From positions 5,952,001-6,016,000 of the forward strand of contig NW_025963846.1 in NCBI RefSeq assembly GCF_023055435.1: DNA of 64,000 bases. The letters are read 5' to 3'. A program made the translations under genes and the position numbers. Below the pieces are notes generated by a model. It was not told the DNA's origin, did no database searches, and was given only the letters and a program-made list of their open reading frames with translations. Positions 26,701-39,371 of this stretch are shown here, piece by piece. The first letter of the stretch is position 1. Every line of letters begins with the position of its first letter. The stretch comes from Haliotis rufescens (lineage: Eukaryota).

Positions 26701-28539
26701 ACATATTATCAGTGACAAGGGTCAGTGTGCATGTGGCAACGCAGAACATTCCAAAATCAAAATTGATAATTTCGTCTTTGGAAAACTTGACGCACCTAAA
26801 TATGCACGTACACCTGAGATATTTATGTAAATTTAACGCAAAATTGTTGTCAAGTTTGAAATAAAATGGGTGACTCAACATTTTACATGATTTATTTGGT
26901 CATAATCAGATTCCTTGACCACGAAAACATAGGTAAAGACACTAAAATTATTTATTTATCTTTTCATTTTTTCAAATTGGCCGTCAGGATCGCCAGACGT
27001 AAATCATTTGGTTGGGGTCACGTCTTGAAACAAATTTTTATTGGTCACAGTAACTGTGTGGCTAATTTCATATTTGAATAACAAAAATGACTCTGCCATA
27101 TATAAGGGCCTCTTGCCTCTGAACTATCATGATTTAGATCACAAGACGTTATTACCGTTGTGGTATACGTCTCTCACCTCCGTCAATCGTCTGCCCGGAC
27201 AGCGGCAGCTCGGTGGTTCGATCCCCGGCCGCTTCATACAGAATGAGGTTTATAGATGGTAGTTCTTGTTACCCTGCCTGACGTTCGACATCAAGGGGAC
27301 ATACTGAAGACTTGGCGGCTCGGAGTCAGTATACTGTGTCTGTGGGGAGTATCCATGTTAAACTACGGTATGGTATCTCAGTGTGCTGGCACATGATCAT
27401 CTTGAAAGCGACGTTAAACCCCATCTCACCTGACCTGACCTGACGTGACCTGCGTCACTTTGAACTTTCCTCTCTACATGATAATATGCCAAGACCTGCA
27501 CCGCTTAAGCTGACTGGGCGGGATATAACTGACATCCTGTTCAAAGCCGCGTTAAACATGTCGCTCACCCAAGTAATCTTTCGGTCTACATTGTATCTAT
27601 AAATTATGTAAACTAAACCAAAGGTTGATTTTCTTTTACCTCAGCTCGTGTGGTATGATATGTGATATGAGACTCATGACGTCTTCAATCAATATGTTTC
27701 ATCAACCACATAACCTGTAACACAAACATGACGTCATTTCCTGTTTATACATTATCTATCGAAACTATCAGAAAACGATTGAGTGAGTGAATTTAGTTTC
27801 ACGCCGCTTTTAGCAATATTCCAGCACTAACACGGCGGAGGGCACCATAAATGGGCTTCACACATTGTACCCATGTCGGGAATCGAACCCAGGTCCGCGG
27901 GGTGACGAGCGAACGCTTTAACCACAAGGCTACCCGACGACCCCATCAGAAATCGTCAAAGCGAGAAAATGTCCTTTCTGAATTCAGTCCTGTCTGCCCA
28001 CATTTCAATATCATACACGTACCCTGTTAGGATCGAATACCCTGACCACTCAGTTGTTATGATAGTAAAACTGGCCATTCAGTAGTTCTAAATAACACTG
28101 CGCTTGTTGAGAACGTTTGGGTCATCTGTTCGAGGTTTTTACAAAGCACACCCATGAAAAGGGCCTACAATGACATGCAACAAGCTGGGTGATAACTGGG
28201 ACAAAGTGTGTTCCTTGGCGGTCATTCTTATATTTATGAGTATGAGTATGAGTATTTATATCGGCACCCATTGTGGGAATGTTGTGCACATCTGCGTCCT
28301 ACTTAAATAGTTGTACATGTATTTAAGTTATAGTTCCTTCAAAATCCTCATTTGAGCGAGAGCGACATCTAGTGGGAAGACTGCACTGTCACTTCAGTAG
28401 GACATTTGGCTGACATTGACTATGTTCTGGAACTCAACGTGTCACGTCAACGTTTTTTTTAAGGTGCGAGAAAAGACTTATCTGCAAAAGGACAGGGTGG
28501 TCTTCTGCGTGGAAGAGGAGCGGAACCTGCCAGAGACCA
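23006..28539 (+). CDS. perlustrin-like / single IGFBP-domain protein (copy 2): exon 1 23006-23220, exon 2 28464-28539; any final exon uncertain
   Basis: Exon 1 ends in phase 2 (AAA CC|GT). The exon after TTTTTTTTAAG| begins G TGC and gives P-CEKRLICKRTGWSSAWKRSGTCQRP|GTGAGT, supplying the remaining cysteines of the IGFBP domain. Confidence 0.8.
23992..24772 (-). pseudogene. internally deleted Tc1/mariner transposon remnant
   Basis: PWPTRSPDLSPIEHMWDEIDRRLR matches the Tc1 WPxxSPDLNPIE motif; HTH-region GRPRVT text upstream; the central catalytic region is missing. Confidence 0.85.
24773..25700. repeat. 24-bp satellite (second block)
   Basis: Same unit as 17210-18872. Confidence 0.95.
27781..27944 (-). 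mobile_element. tRNA-derived SINE, family A (older copy)
   Basis: Homology to other copies; degenerate TSD ATCAGAAA.CG. Confidence 0.85.
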
Positions 28540-28579
28540 GTGAGTATCAGTGCTTCTTGCTGCTGCCTTTTAGGGCTGG

Positions 28580-29425
28580 ACGTTAGACAAGCCCATGAGA
28601 CGCCCCCTTAAATTTAGACAAGCCTATGAGATGCGACTTTAGACAGGCCATTGAGACAAGCCCCTAATATGCCCCTTAGACAAGCCCTCGAGACGCCCCT
28701 TCAGACAAGCCAATGATATGCTCCCTTTAGACAATCCCTTGAGACGCCCCTTTAGACAAGCCCTTGAGACGCCCCTTTAGACAAGCCCTTGAAAAGCCCC
28801 TTCAGACAAGTCCATGATATGCTTCCTTTTGACAAGCCCTTGAGACGCCCCTTTTGACAAGCCCATGATTTGCTTCTTTAGAAAAGCCTTTGATATGCCC
28901 CCTTTAGACAAGCCCTTGAGACGCCCCTTTAGACAACCCTTGAGACGCCCCTTTAGACAAGCCCTTGAGAAGCCCCTTTAGACAAGCCCATGATATGCCC
29001 CTTTAGAAAAGCCTTTGAGAAGACCCATTTGGATAAACCTGTGATATGCTCCCTTTAGACAAGCCCTTGAGACGCCCCTTTAGACAAGCCCTCGAGACGC
29101 CCCTTTAGACAAGCCCACGATATGCCACTTTAGGCAAGCCTTAGAGACGCCCCTTTAGACAAGCCCTTGAGAAGACCCATTTGGATAAACCTGTGATATG
29201 CTCCCTTTAGACAAGCCCATGATATGCCCCTCCCGACAAGCCCTTGATATGCCCCCTTTAGACAAGCCCATGATATGCCCCTTTAGACAAGCCCTTGAGA
29301 CGCCCCTTTAGACAAGCCCACGATATGCCACTTTAGGCAAGCCTTAGAGACGCCCCTTTAGACAAGCCCTTGAGAAGACCCATTTGGATGAACCTGTGAT
29401 ATGCTCCCTTTAGACAAGCCTATGA
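28580..29425. repeat. ~24-bp minisatellite (TTTAGACAAGCCCTTGAGACGCCCC)
   Basis: About 34 units. Confidence 0.95.
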
Positions 29426-31430
29426 GACTTCATCACGAACTCACCAAAAAAACCAACAACGAGAGATGGCTTAATGCCCCGAGCATAACTATATAGAGGA
29501 TATTATATGAGTGTTTATGTCATACAATGTTTACGACATGAGTGTCTAAATACCGGAATTTAGTGTCGCAAACATTGTATGACATGAACACGAATATAAT
29601 GTTCTATTTATTACCGAAGAAGATGTATACATACAGAGACGAAGTTTAGTGTTTAACTATAAGGGCAGAGGCGTCTAAACAGCAACAAAACGACAATCTG
29701 TCGAATGACTCTAACAATCTTCAGCATGACGTCGTTTCTAGTGTGACGTCATTCCGACCTCACGACACAATAAGATTCGAATGACGTTAACAATGCTGTC
29801 CAGATGACGGTAACAATACACTGTTGCCTCGTGACGTGTTATGACCCGAGGACACAAGTGATTTTTTATTTACCCCGATATGTTTGCCCTCCTAGGTAAT
29901 AATATGGATTGCGTTGATGGAGTTGGTTGCAAAATATATCATTTTCAACATAATCCCGCAGAGGTCCACACGCTTCTGCCAACGATGCAGGCGCGCCTGG
30001 ACCCCACTTGTGTAGAAGACTTCTTCCAAGGGGTGTCCACCATAGCGTAAATGGCAAAGGGGGAGCATCATCCCTTAAAGTTGATACCATGTCCGCATTG
30101 ATGGCTGTTGAAGTTGACCCTTTGAGCGTGGTGGCCAATTTGTGTCCAGTTGCATCAGAATAACTAAGCACTTCGATGCCTGCAGACATACGCTGCCTGG
30201 ATGTGTATTTGGTTCAAATGCAGCCTATAAGCATGGGAAGTATTGTACTCGCAAACTGTATACACGCAAACTTTTTAACGTGAGATTTACATCCTTAGTA
30301 GTAGGAACTTTTCAACAGTCCCTCGAAATCATGCCTCCATCAGACAAAACCAATAGGTTCATCATCTCCCCAGATGTAACTGATGTTATACTTGGGATAA
30401 TACTTTCTTAGTAAAGTACAGATTCTCGTACATTTTGGGTTGAGTTCCGTCCGGGATTGGAACACACACTGTCAGAGTGAGGCACCTAATCGGCAGCACA
30501 CAAAGTCAGTGATATCATCCTCTCAGCCACCGAGGCTTCCCCCCAAAAAATGAAAGTCCGACAACTGGTAGTCTAGATCACGTACTTTGTGTACCCCTCT
30601 GGCAAGTGTAAATTGGCACGGCTCCCATAGCCGAAAGCTATGAATACACAATGCCATTCAGAAAGTGGTCAAATGTTACTAATGTTATAGTTGGGATAAC
30701 ACTTTCTTAGTACAGTCTTTCCAGATCACCAGACTGCGTATGCTGGATCTCCAATGACGCAGTCACCCTGTTCCAAAGTTGACTCAATACACGTGCATTA
30801 TCAACTGTTCCAGGTGAAGGGCTAGGCCGGGAGTTCCTGCTGCAGGTGTCCACCTCTCGCTTCAAACGTGAGGGACTTGCAAGAACAATAAACATATTAA
30901 AAGCAGAAAAATGCATTGTTTGTTATTTTTTACAGTGACCTTGAATCCTTAGATTCATATATAAATTGATACTTTAGAATTATTGTCCTACCAACATGCG
31001 ATGCGTGTGTTTTGCACATACGTATTCTTAATGACCTTCGGAATAAACACACAAGCGAGCATGCGACCACGTACACTTACAGTAATTCGCGACACAGTTT
31101 GTCCTCAGCACAGATGCAAAGTTTTATAATTTTATAGTTACAAGAGATAGCCATTCTCAAACAGATCAGTGAGCACGGACGGCCCAGTTATTTATGGTAC
31201 CAGCTTGCTCTGTGCAGAGTTGGGTCCCACACCGGGCCAGGATCCGGTAATCGAGGGCTCGAATCTCAAGATACTTGAATTAGGAGACATGGACACTTAC
31301 TTTGGTTTTGTGTAGCTGTTCAGAAAGTATCCTGTGGGAAGATTGATTGTTCTGTAAAACTGGTCCATAATGGTCCATCTGAAAAAGTACGTTTGTCGAA
31401 TCCTGCACACTGTGAGTCAACAGTCACATG

Positions 31431-31675
31431 GACCCGTGAAGATCCGGGGTAGAAAAGGTCTTCAGCAACTCATGCTTGCGTATAAGGTGACGATAAGGCG
31501 ACGAACGGGATCGGGTGATCAGGCTCGCTGACTTGGTTGATGCATGCCATTGTGTCCAATCATTGTGCTCAGGATGTCAATCATTGGATTGTCTGGTCCA
31601 GACTCCATTATTTCCAGACCGCCGTCATATAGCTGGAATATTGCTAAGTGCGTCGTTAAACAACAAACAAACAAC
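31431..31675 (+). mobile_element. SINE-like element, family C
   Basis: Full head-to-tail copy ending GTTAAACAACAAACAAAC. Confidence 0.8.
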
Positions 31676-33646
31676 AGCCATATGAATAGTAAATATATTG
31701 GTGAGTGTTGCGAGGTGGGGAGGAGTCTAAGCAACCACAATTCGGTTAGCAGAGTTATGGCCCTTGTGTGTGCCTGTGCCCATTAGTTTGTCAGCATCGT
31801 TCCCGCACTCGTTGGTTTCATCAAAGTAGTCAACCCGTATGGCCTGCGCTACTTGATGCATCACTTCCGCACTAAGCAGACACGCCTTGATATTACCGAA
31901 ATGTTCAAAGCGACTTAAAACCCACCTCACTCACTGACTCACTTATTCAAACAATGATATATCATATCATTGAACAATATCAGATCATATTATCCTCTGA
32001 ACTATCCGCAGAAGGAACAATGCAATAAACAAGGTCCAACCAATCCCCACCTAACACCCAAACCCGCCTGGAGTGGAAGGTCAAGGGTTCCGTTCCCGGC
32101 CGCTTCATAAAAGATGGTACTTGTTGTTACCCTGTCTGGAGCTCGACACTAACGGGATCAAACAAGGACGTGTCGGCTCGAAGTCAGTACACTGTACACA
32201 CTAGCACGCACGCACGCACGCCGCACGCCGCACGCCGAACGCGCGCGCGCGCGAACTCAAAGGGACCACACACACGCGCGCGAACTCAAATTATAATTTG
32301 TTATAACCGTAGTTCGTTATAAGCATATGTACAACATATATGCAGAAAATGGACGGGACCCAGAAACAGTTTGTTATATCCGTCAGTTCTTTACCAGGGT
32401 ACCCGCTGTAGATATTTAGAGACAGGTACAAACTGTCCGAGTTTGATCTTAGCCCTGACAAAATGTATATAGACACACGTGTAAAACGATCTGGTCATGC
32501 ATACACTGAAGTTTTATCTTTATTCAAACATATAAAAATGGGAACATTAGTGACTTTCGATAAAACCATAGAGTTTTGGTTAATTTTTGTCATTAAACAA
32601 TATATCGCGTGACTAATGACGGGTCCGGGTAGTCCTGTGGGTACCCGGGTCCTAGTCAGGACCCACCCGGCCCGAATACCCAAGTTACCCGTCCCAGCCT
32701 TGCTTGTTACTGAAATAATTAAAGCCTAATCAGAAAATGTAAATCCTGCTTACTACAAAGTTATATATTTGTTCACAAATAATACTCAATATCTAGATGA
32801 ATTATTTAGGAACGCTGCATTCGTATCAAAATAACGAGACCTTTAGACTGAAACGTGACCTTTAGCTCGTAATTCACGTGCCAATGGTAATCATCGAATA
32901 AGTAGTTTTTACCGTATCGTGTGTGCACTACGTATGTTGGCTGAGCATCTCTGTGACAACAATAATAGGATAGTAAGCTTGAACGGGATGCATTCCATAC
33001 CCCAAAACGCACACTGGGACGTTGCCTGATGTCAGATTGTGACAGCGGACTGTCGATAGCGAAAGGTCACACATTCAAATCGGCTTAATCGTAACAGTAT
33101 TCATTATTGGGAAAAGATAGGAGGTGAAATCTTATCACACCACCCTTTGACCCTATTGACTAGTTGGACCGGGTATATCGAGTGTCAACACACGTTCTGC
33201 AATGAAATCAAAGACGTCTCCAACCACCCTCTACCGTGTGGACAGACTCGCTCTGTCGGCAAGATAGTTTGGAGACGCAGCAATGTCGAATTGAAGTTAG
33301 TTATACATAGTCGTGTTTGGCAGGGAACCTTGTTATGTCGTAGATGAAATCAGTAATTCGCTTCCAGATGCTCATATCATTCCTTCCCTAAGGTATATTG
33401 ACACTACCTCATGAAAAATGCATTGGAATATTCACTGGCAAGCCAGCTAGAGTGTCGTCTTACAGAGATTTAACAAGTGCTGTGGGGTTGCAGTTCATTG
33501 TGGCGTTTGACCGTGGCTGCGATTTACGTATATTTCACACCGCACTGACAGGTGCGTTACGTGAGTTCGAAGAACTGGGACCCGAATTCCACGGCTGGGG
33601 ACATACATAGGATGCGGACTCCCTTCTTGGCTGTGAAGTTGACACC

Positions 33647-35005
33647 ATGGCTATAGTACGAAGAAAATGTTTTCAGAAAACAATCTTGTTTTGTTTGCTT
33701 GTATTCGTGGTGTGGGAAATGTACTTCGTGTTTTATTCCCTGGGTGCAGATGGATCTAGAGTGATGGATACACTCATCAACAAAGTCCTTGGTGATACCG
33801 TTGACATTCAAGTAGGTGTTCGCAGAGTTACCTCCCCTCGACCTCTCAACATCAGCAACCCCGAAGAGCTGAAACAGCTTATTGAGAGTATAAACCTGCA
33901 GCAGCTTGTGCGCAATGGGGAACGCCTCGGCCTGGATCTGGACTCGGAGAGTGTTGTGATTGTAATACAGGTTCATCAGAGGATTGAGGAACTCCGGTTC
34001 CTCATTGAATCTTTAGAAAGGGCAAGGTACATCAATAAATGTTTGGTCATATTTAGTCATGATATGTATTCCAAGGACATCAATACTATTATAAATGATA
34101 TTCAGGCGTTCCCAGTTCTGCAAATATTCTACCCGTATTCCATTCAAAATTATCCGTCTAGCTTCCCCGGGCAGCACCCCAATGACTGTCCTTGGAACAT
34201 AACTTTGATGGCGGCCCGGAAGCGGAAGTGCAACAATGCTTATAATCCGGACAGTTATGGTCATTACAGGGAAGCCAAGGTCGCTCAGATGAAGCACCAT
34301 TGGCTATGGCAACTACACTATGTCATAGAGGAGATCCGGATTCTCAAAAACTTCGAAGGGACATTCCTGAGACTCGATGAAGACTATTATGTCGCAGAAG
34401 ACGTGATTTATATTATACAAGAAATGAATAAGATCAGAAGATCTGAACCAGGCAAATACAACATGATGATTCTTGGAGATTATGATGAAATACCTACCTG
34501 GTCGTACGAAGGAATGTCCAACATTATAAGACAACAGAAATGGTATGTCGGCGTCGGACGTGGAATGGCGTTCAGTAAGGACTTCTGGCAAGACTTCAGG
34601 TCCTGTTCGCAAGTGTTCTGTACATACGACGACTACAACTGGGACTGGGCCTTACAGGAAACTGTCCTGAAGTGCATGACGGGATCGCTGAACATTCTTC
34701 AGCCTTCTGCTGGTAGAGTTTTCCATATAGGTTTATGTCACGGTTTCCATAGAAACGTGGAAGGTTGTTCTTCCAAAAATATTAAACGTGAAGTAACCGA
34801 CTTGTTGATAGAGAACGAGGAGTACCTGTTTCCCAAGGAGGTGTCACTGACGCATAACCAGGACGCGGATTTTGAACCAGGACACGCCTTCGCCAACGGT
34901 GGTTGGAAGGACCCACGAGATCATCGACTGTGTAAGAGCTTTCTTGGTGGGAAGGGACTTACAGAACAAACTATTCGGTCTATCAATAAAGGAATTCGAG
35001 CCTGA
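33647..35005 (+). CDS. MGAT2: alpha-1,6-mannosyl-glycoprotein 2-beta-N-acetylglucosaminyltransferase-like (GnT-II, GT16), single coding exon
   Basis: Type II N-terminal TM segment; motifs IVIQVHQR, IFSHD, QIFYPYS..YP..FPG..P.DCP, YGHYREAK, KHHW.W, FCTYDDYNWDW, RVFHIG.C, NGGW.D.RDH.LC. Confidence 0.92.
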   Translation: MAIVRRKCFQKTILFCLLVFVVWEMYFVFYSLGADGSRVMDTLINKVLGDTVDIQVGVRRVTSPRPLNISNPEELKQLIESINLQQLVRNGERLGLDLDSESVVIVIQVHQRIEELRFLIESLERARYINKCLVIFSHDMYSKDINTIINDIQAFPVLQIFYPYSIQNYPSSFPGQHPNDCPWNITLMAARKRKCNNAYNPDSYGHYREAKVAQMKHHWLWQLHYVIEEIRILKNFEGTFLRLDEDYYVAEDVIYIIQEMNKIRRSEPGKYNMMILGDYDEIPTWSYEGMSNIIRQQKWYVGVGRGMAFSKDFWQDFRSCSQVFCTYDDYNWDWALQETVLKCMTGSLNILQPSAGRVFHIGLCHGFHRNVEGCSSKNIKREVTDLLIENEEYLFPKEVSLTHNQDADFEPGHAFANGGWKDPRDHRLCKSFLGGKGLTEQTIRSINKGIRA

Positions 35006-35806
35006 CGTGATGAGAAGAAGAAAGAAAGAGTTCAGTAAGCTGGCCTGGCAATAGGCTTAAAATACCAGGAGCAAAACAGTTTTTGTCATCGAAATAAGTG
35101 CGGAAGAACTGATTATATTTTTACCTTTTTACCTTTTAATATTAATATCATTTTGAAGATATTCTAGCTTTGAAACGTTTCAGGTCAGCAAAGTATGTAT
35201 TTGTTTGCGGTAATGAGACACAAAGATAACTCATCTAATGTATCCTTAAGCTATCGTTTTCACTTTCATATTTTTCATCTCCCAACAGACCGTAAAATCA
35301 ACCTTAAAAAGATATAATATATAACCGAGAGATAACACCTGCTTATCCATTTCCGGAACACCCTGTGTCATCACTGGTTATCAGTGATTCATTCATATAA
35401 TTTTCACCCTTTTACGCCCAATGGAATCTGTTTCGTTGACATTTTGTATGCTTTAGGAAAATATATGCACGTGAAAATACGACTGGTCTGGCGTTCAACT
35501 CTATGGTTGTAAATGAAACGGGGTAATCTATTAATTTTTAATATTTTATAGCTGAGTGAAACACGATAACAAGGGGTATACAATAATCTTCACTACTCCC
35601 TGATGAGACGTATCAATAAAGCCAATGTTGCCCTTAAAGATGAGGGGAAGTGCAGGAATAATTTAAGATGTTTTATCGCAGTACGAGATGAAGACTTCAG
35701 TATTGACTTTCGTCGACAGAGATGCCATGATGATTACTGCTGTCGTACTGATGCCTTATAACATACTTCACTGCAATATTACATAGATTTATATATCTGT
35801 CTTTAT

Positions 35807-36511
35807 CAGGGGCGCAACTAGGCTAAGTTTAAGTGAAAACAAGCAAGCATTTGGGGACCGTTAATGTTCATTTTATTTGTAACAAATACTGGTAATTTAT
35901 TTATTATATTCTTTTATTAGAAATATATATACGTGTTTCACCAACACATTTTCGACACAACAATGAAATACACATTAAATATAAGGTCACCAAGTCATTG
36001 ACAGAATCGCAGAATCTTGACCTTTGAATTAACGTTTAAATGTTTGTGACAAATCAGTTATAATTCAAAGATTTGGCCAATTCGGCGGTTCCGTCCTCCA
36101 GACAAGAGGTCAGTCACTTTGTCCGTGCCCTTGTGGGTGTGGAGGTGTGCCAAAGAGCTCATTCTCTCGTTGGTCAGTGTGGACCTGCGGTGTGTCTTGA
36201 TCTGCCTCATTGCGCTGAATGAACGTTCTGCAGTGGCAGAACTCACTGGCATTGTGACTAGGGTTTTCACAGCTATGATAAACCATCAACCACTAAAATA
36301 TTAAAGTGCGTAAAGATTCCGATTTTCAAGTTAGACAATAAATATCATGTTCGACTGGTAGAGTTTGAATGAATAATTTACTGCATAGATGGTAAATTGA
36401 GGTTTACCTATTTAAAAAAGAAATGTACTTTTGTTAGGTGTAAAAACAAATTGTGTTTTTTTCTTAGGTGTAAGCAATTTTATTTCTGCTACAATGGTAG
36501 TTTCGCCCCTG
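35807..36511 (-). mobile_element. non-autonomous hAT transposon with C-terminal dimerization-domain remnant (36058-36270)
   Basis: TIRs CAGGGGCGCAACTA / TAGTTTCGCCCCTG; peptide LVTMPVSSATAERSFSAMRQIKT.RRSTLTNERMSSLA.LH. Confidence 0.85.
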
Positions 36512-36764
36512 TTTATATTTCAGCTATTGACGTTTCACGTTTTCTGGATAAGATTTGAAGGGATATATGGGGATCATTGTGTGATTCGAATCTAGTAAAC
36601 AAATATGTTCATTAATGTTGTTTTCTGTTCTGTTCTTGAAAGTCTGTTTAGAGAGCTTATTCATGTTAATCCTTAACAAATATTACTTTGCTACCGGGAA
36701 AACGAAAACAACTAGTCTCGTGACCTAACCTGCTTTGCCTAAAAGAATAGACCAATAAGTAATG

Positions 36765-37650
36765 AGTAGAGAGAAAGTAATACCTTCCGGACAAAAGCAT
36801 TCCTGTGGAGCGTGGAGCACCAACAAAAGCATTCCTGTGGAGCATAGAATTTCAACAAATTCCTGTGGAGCATGGAATTTTCTAACAAAAGCATTCCTGT
36901 GGAGCATGGAATTTTTCTAACAAAAGCATTTCTGTGGAGCGTAGAGTAAAGAAACAAACAAAAGCATTCCTGTGGAGCGTAGAGTAAAGAAACAAACAAA
37001 AGCATTCTTGTGGAGCATACCACAGAGGTCAGTCAATACCTTCCACATAATAGAAGCAAATTTTGCTAAAGGAGACTAGCAGTAAGGCTGGCTCTGTATA
37101 TATTCGCTCTGTTCAAACATGTAACTATGGCACCGCTCATTAGTATCAATACACTAGAGGTAGCTCTCTCTTACCCACTCTTTACACGCAAGAGTAAATA
37201 TATTCGTGTGTGGGTTTTAACCGCTGAACCTGTTAACCCTTTCACCGAAGTCAATTCATTTATAATCATTTTACTCTAATTCATTCACGTTTCACTAAGT
37301 GTTAAAGGCGCATAGAGTATTGAAACAAACAAAAGCATTCTTGTGGAGCATACCACAGAGGGCAGTCAATACCTTTCACACAATAGAAGCAAAAGTTTGC
37401 TAAAGGAGACCAGCAGTAAGGCTGGCTCTGTATATATTCGCTCTGTTCAAACATGTAACTATGTCACCACCGCACATTAGTATCAATACACTAGAGGTAG
37501 CTCTCTCTCACCCCACTCTTTACACGCAAGAGTAAATCTATTCGTGTGTGGGTTTTGACCGCTGAACCTGTTAACCCTTTCACCGGTGTCAATTCATTAT
37601 AAACATTTTCTTTCTCTTCTTCATTCACGTTTCACTAAGTGTTAAAATAT
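36765..37650. repeat. left TIR and subterminal repeats
   Basis: Terminal 89 bp identical to the right end; tandem CAAAAGCATTCCTGTGGAGC units; a ~330-bp block present twice (~37000-37325 and ~37325-37650). Confidence 0.92.
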
Positions 37651-38142
37651 TATGTTATTATTCATAGTGGCATTCATTAACCTTTATCTATTAACATTTC
37701 TATCACTCTTTAACTTTTTATCTGTTTCAGTATGCTAACGTAACACTAAGGGTTAAAGGTTGCTTTTAGACGATCACCAACTAGTCGCTGTTACTTGTGT
37801 TCGTCATTATGTTAGAACTTGAGTAGAAAGTATACATTATACCCATCGACAGATGTGTAATTCGTATGTTTTCTGCTTTATGACATATAACTAATTGATG
37901 TAATAATAATAATGAAAAATAAAAGTGAACTTACCTTTTGACTGATCAACACTGTTTCATTAATCATTTCCTCCATATATTCCGTTTGAATTAACCATCC
38001 GCTCAGTTCATATTTGGTTTAATCATATTTATTCCATCAATTGTTCATGACAGTATTTAGCAAACAAGCCGAGCTGGCTTATGAAAATGCTTCTCCTGAT
38101 TACATATATATATATATATAAACATAAATCAGTCAGGATCAA

Positions 38143-38818
38143 TTAATATATACTTTTAACTAAATCACTAACTAGCCGATCGCTTCCCGATACAGTGTAT
38201 GACACAAGAAAAAGCTCAGAACATAGCAAATTAGAGTTTAACAATAACTGTTCATATTTCATCGAATATACGAACGAGTGTATGTCTGTCACATTTTTCA
38301 ACAACCTCAAGTTTTTACTCGTATGTTTCGTAATATCTTCGAGTTTTACTATACATGAAAACAGTTCCCGAAGCGAATCGTTTGCAAGTAAATCACTCTT
38401 CAGAGTGCTATTGAATTTTCCCACATCTACTTTTTCTTCTTGTTCTTTGTTATATCCTCAAGTTTTTCTTGCACAAGTTTCGTCATATCCTCGTGTTTTA
38501 CTGCACACGAAAACAGTTCACTCAGTGAATCGTTGGTACGTAAAACACATAACAGTGTTCTGTTGAATTTTCTCACAACCACTTTCTTGTTCTTTGTTTT
38601 GAATAACGTTTATATTTTCTGCAGAAGGTATGTGTTCTTCTTGCCACTCTTCTCATCTCATTTCGAAGTTTTTCTTTTCTTTTATCATAATCAGCAATTA
38701 ACGTCTGAGCTTCCAAACAACGAATTTGTTTTTCCACTAAAAGCACTGATCGATTGTTTGGTTCAGCGGTTTCACTTTGTATTCCAAGCGATCTTAAAAA
38801 AACCTCTTTAGACGTCAT
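38143..38818 (-). pseudogene. possible degenerate or frameshifted Polinton accessory gene with ~150-bp internal duplication
   Basis: Two charged ORF pieces (81 and 93 aa); 38330-38425 is similar to 38480-38575. Confidence 0.35.
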
Positions 38819-39371
38819 TTTGTAAAATCTAATTTCTGGTGGTGTTTTGGGGTTTGTTTTTTTCGAAGTACCCCTTGCTGTACTAAAATGTATAGCTTAA
38901 CTATTCCTCCGCTCTTTTATAACAACTACGCTTTATACTTCTCTTTCCTACTTTTTTGTTGACCTATGTGGGAAAAGTAAATCTTATTCATTTTCAAACC
39001 GCAAACTTATATTTCAACACGTGTGGGAAAAGCAAATATCAATCAGTAGACCAGAGTCTATTCTTTATCTGTTACTATTTACTAACGACGTCGGTAGGCT
39101 GTAATTATTTATCTTATCTAACGAAATTTGACAACTGATACGTCGGCGGTAGGTTGCTATTATGTATCTTATCTAACGAAATCTGTCAACTGTTACAATG
39201 TCAAGATATCCCCAAGCAGAATACGTTCAAATACGATTAATTTGTCACGCGCACTTTGAATAGCACCGGTGTTCGTTGTGTTAGAAAAACCACACAAAAA
39301 TGTTTTACAGATTCATATAAATATATAGCGTATGCGATTTTATTTATTTTTTAGTATTCAGCTGTCTTGTC

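Larger units (their letters stand above)
14005..27425. repeat. tandem segmental duplication: ~14005-20790 versus ~22762-27425
   Basis: Collinear homology from TCCTCGACGACAGGGGCG through exon 1, the family C element, the 24-bp satellite, unique blocks (16704 vs 25808 ORF-like text) and SINE B. Confidence 0.9.

Noticed and set aside
545-29425. Tandem arrays as possible CRISPR arrays
   Set aside because: No unique spacers, no cas genes, eukaryotic context.
33647-35005. MGAT2-like gene as Polinton cargo
   Set aside because: Lies 1.76 kb outside the left TSD; an intronless CDS is normal for MGAT2.
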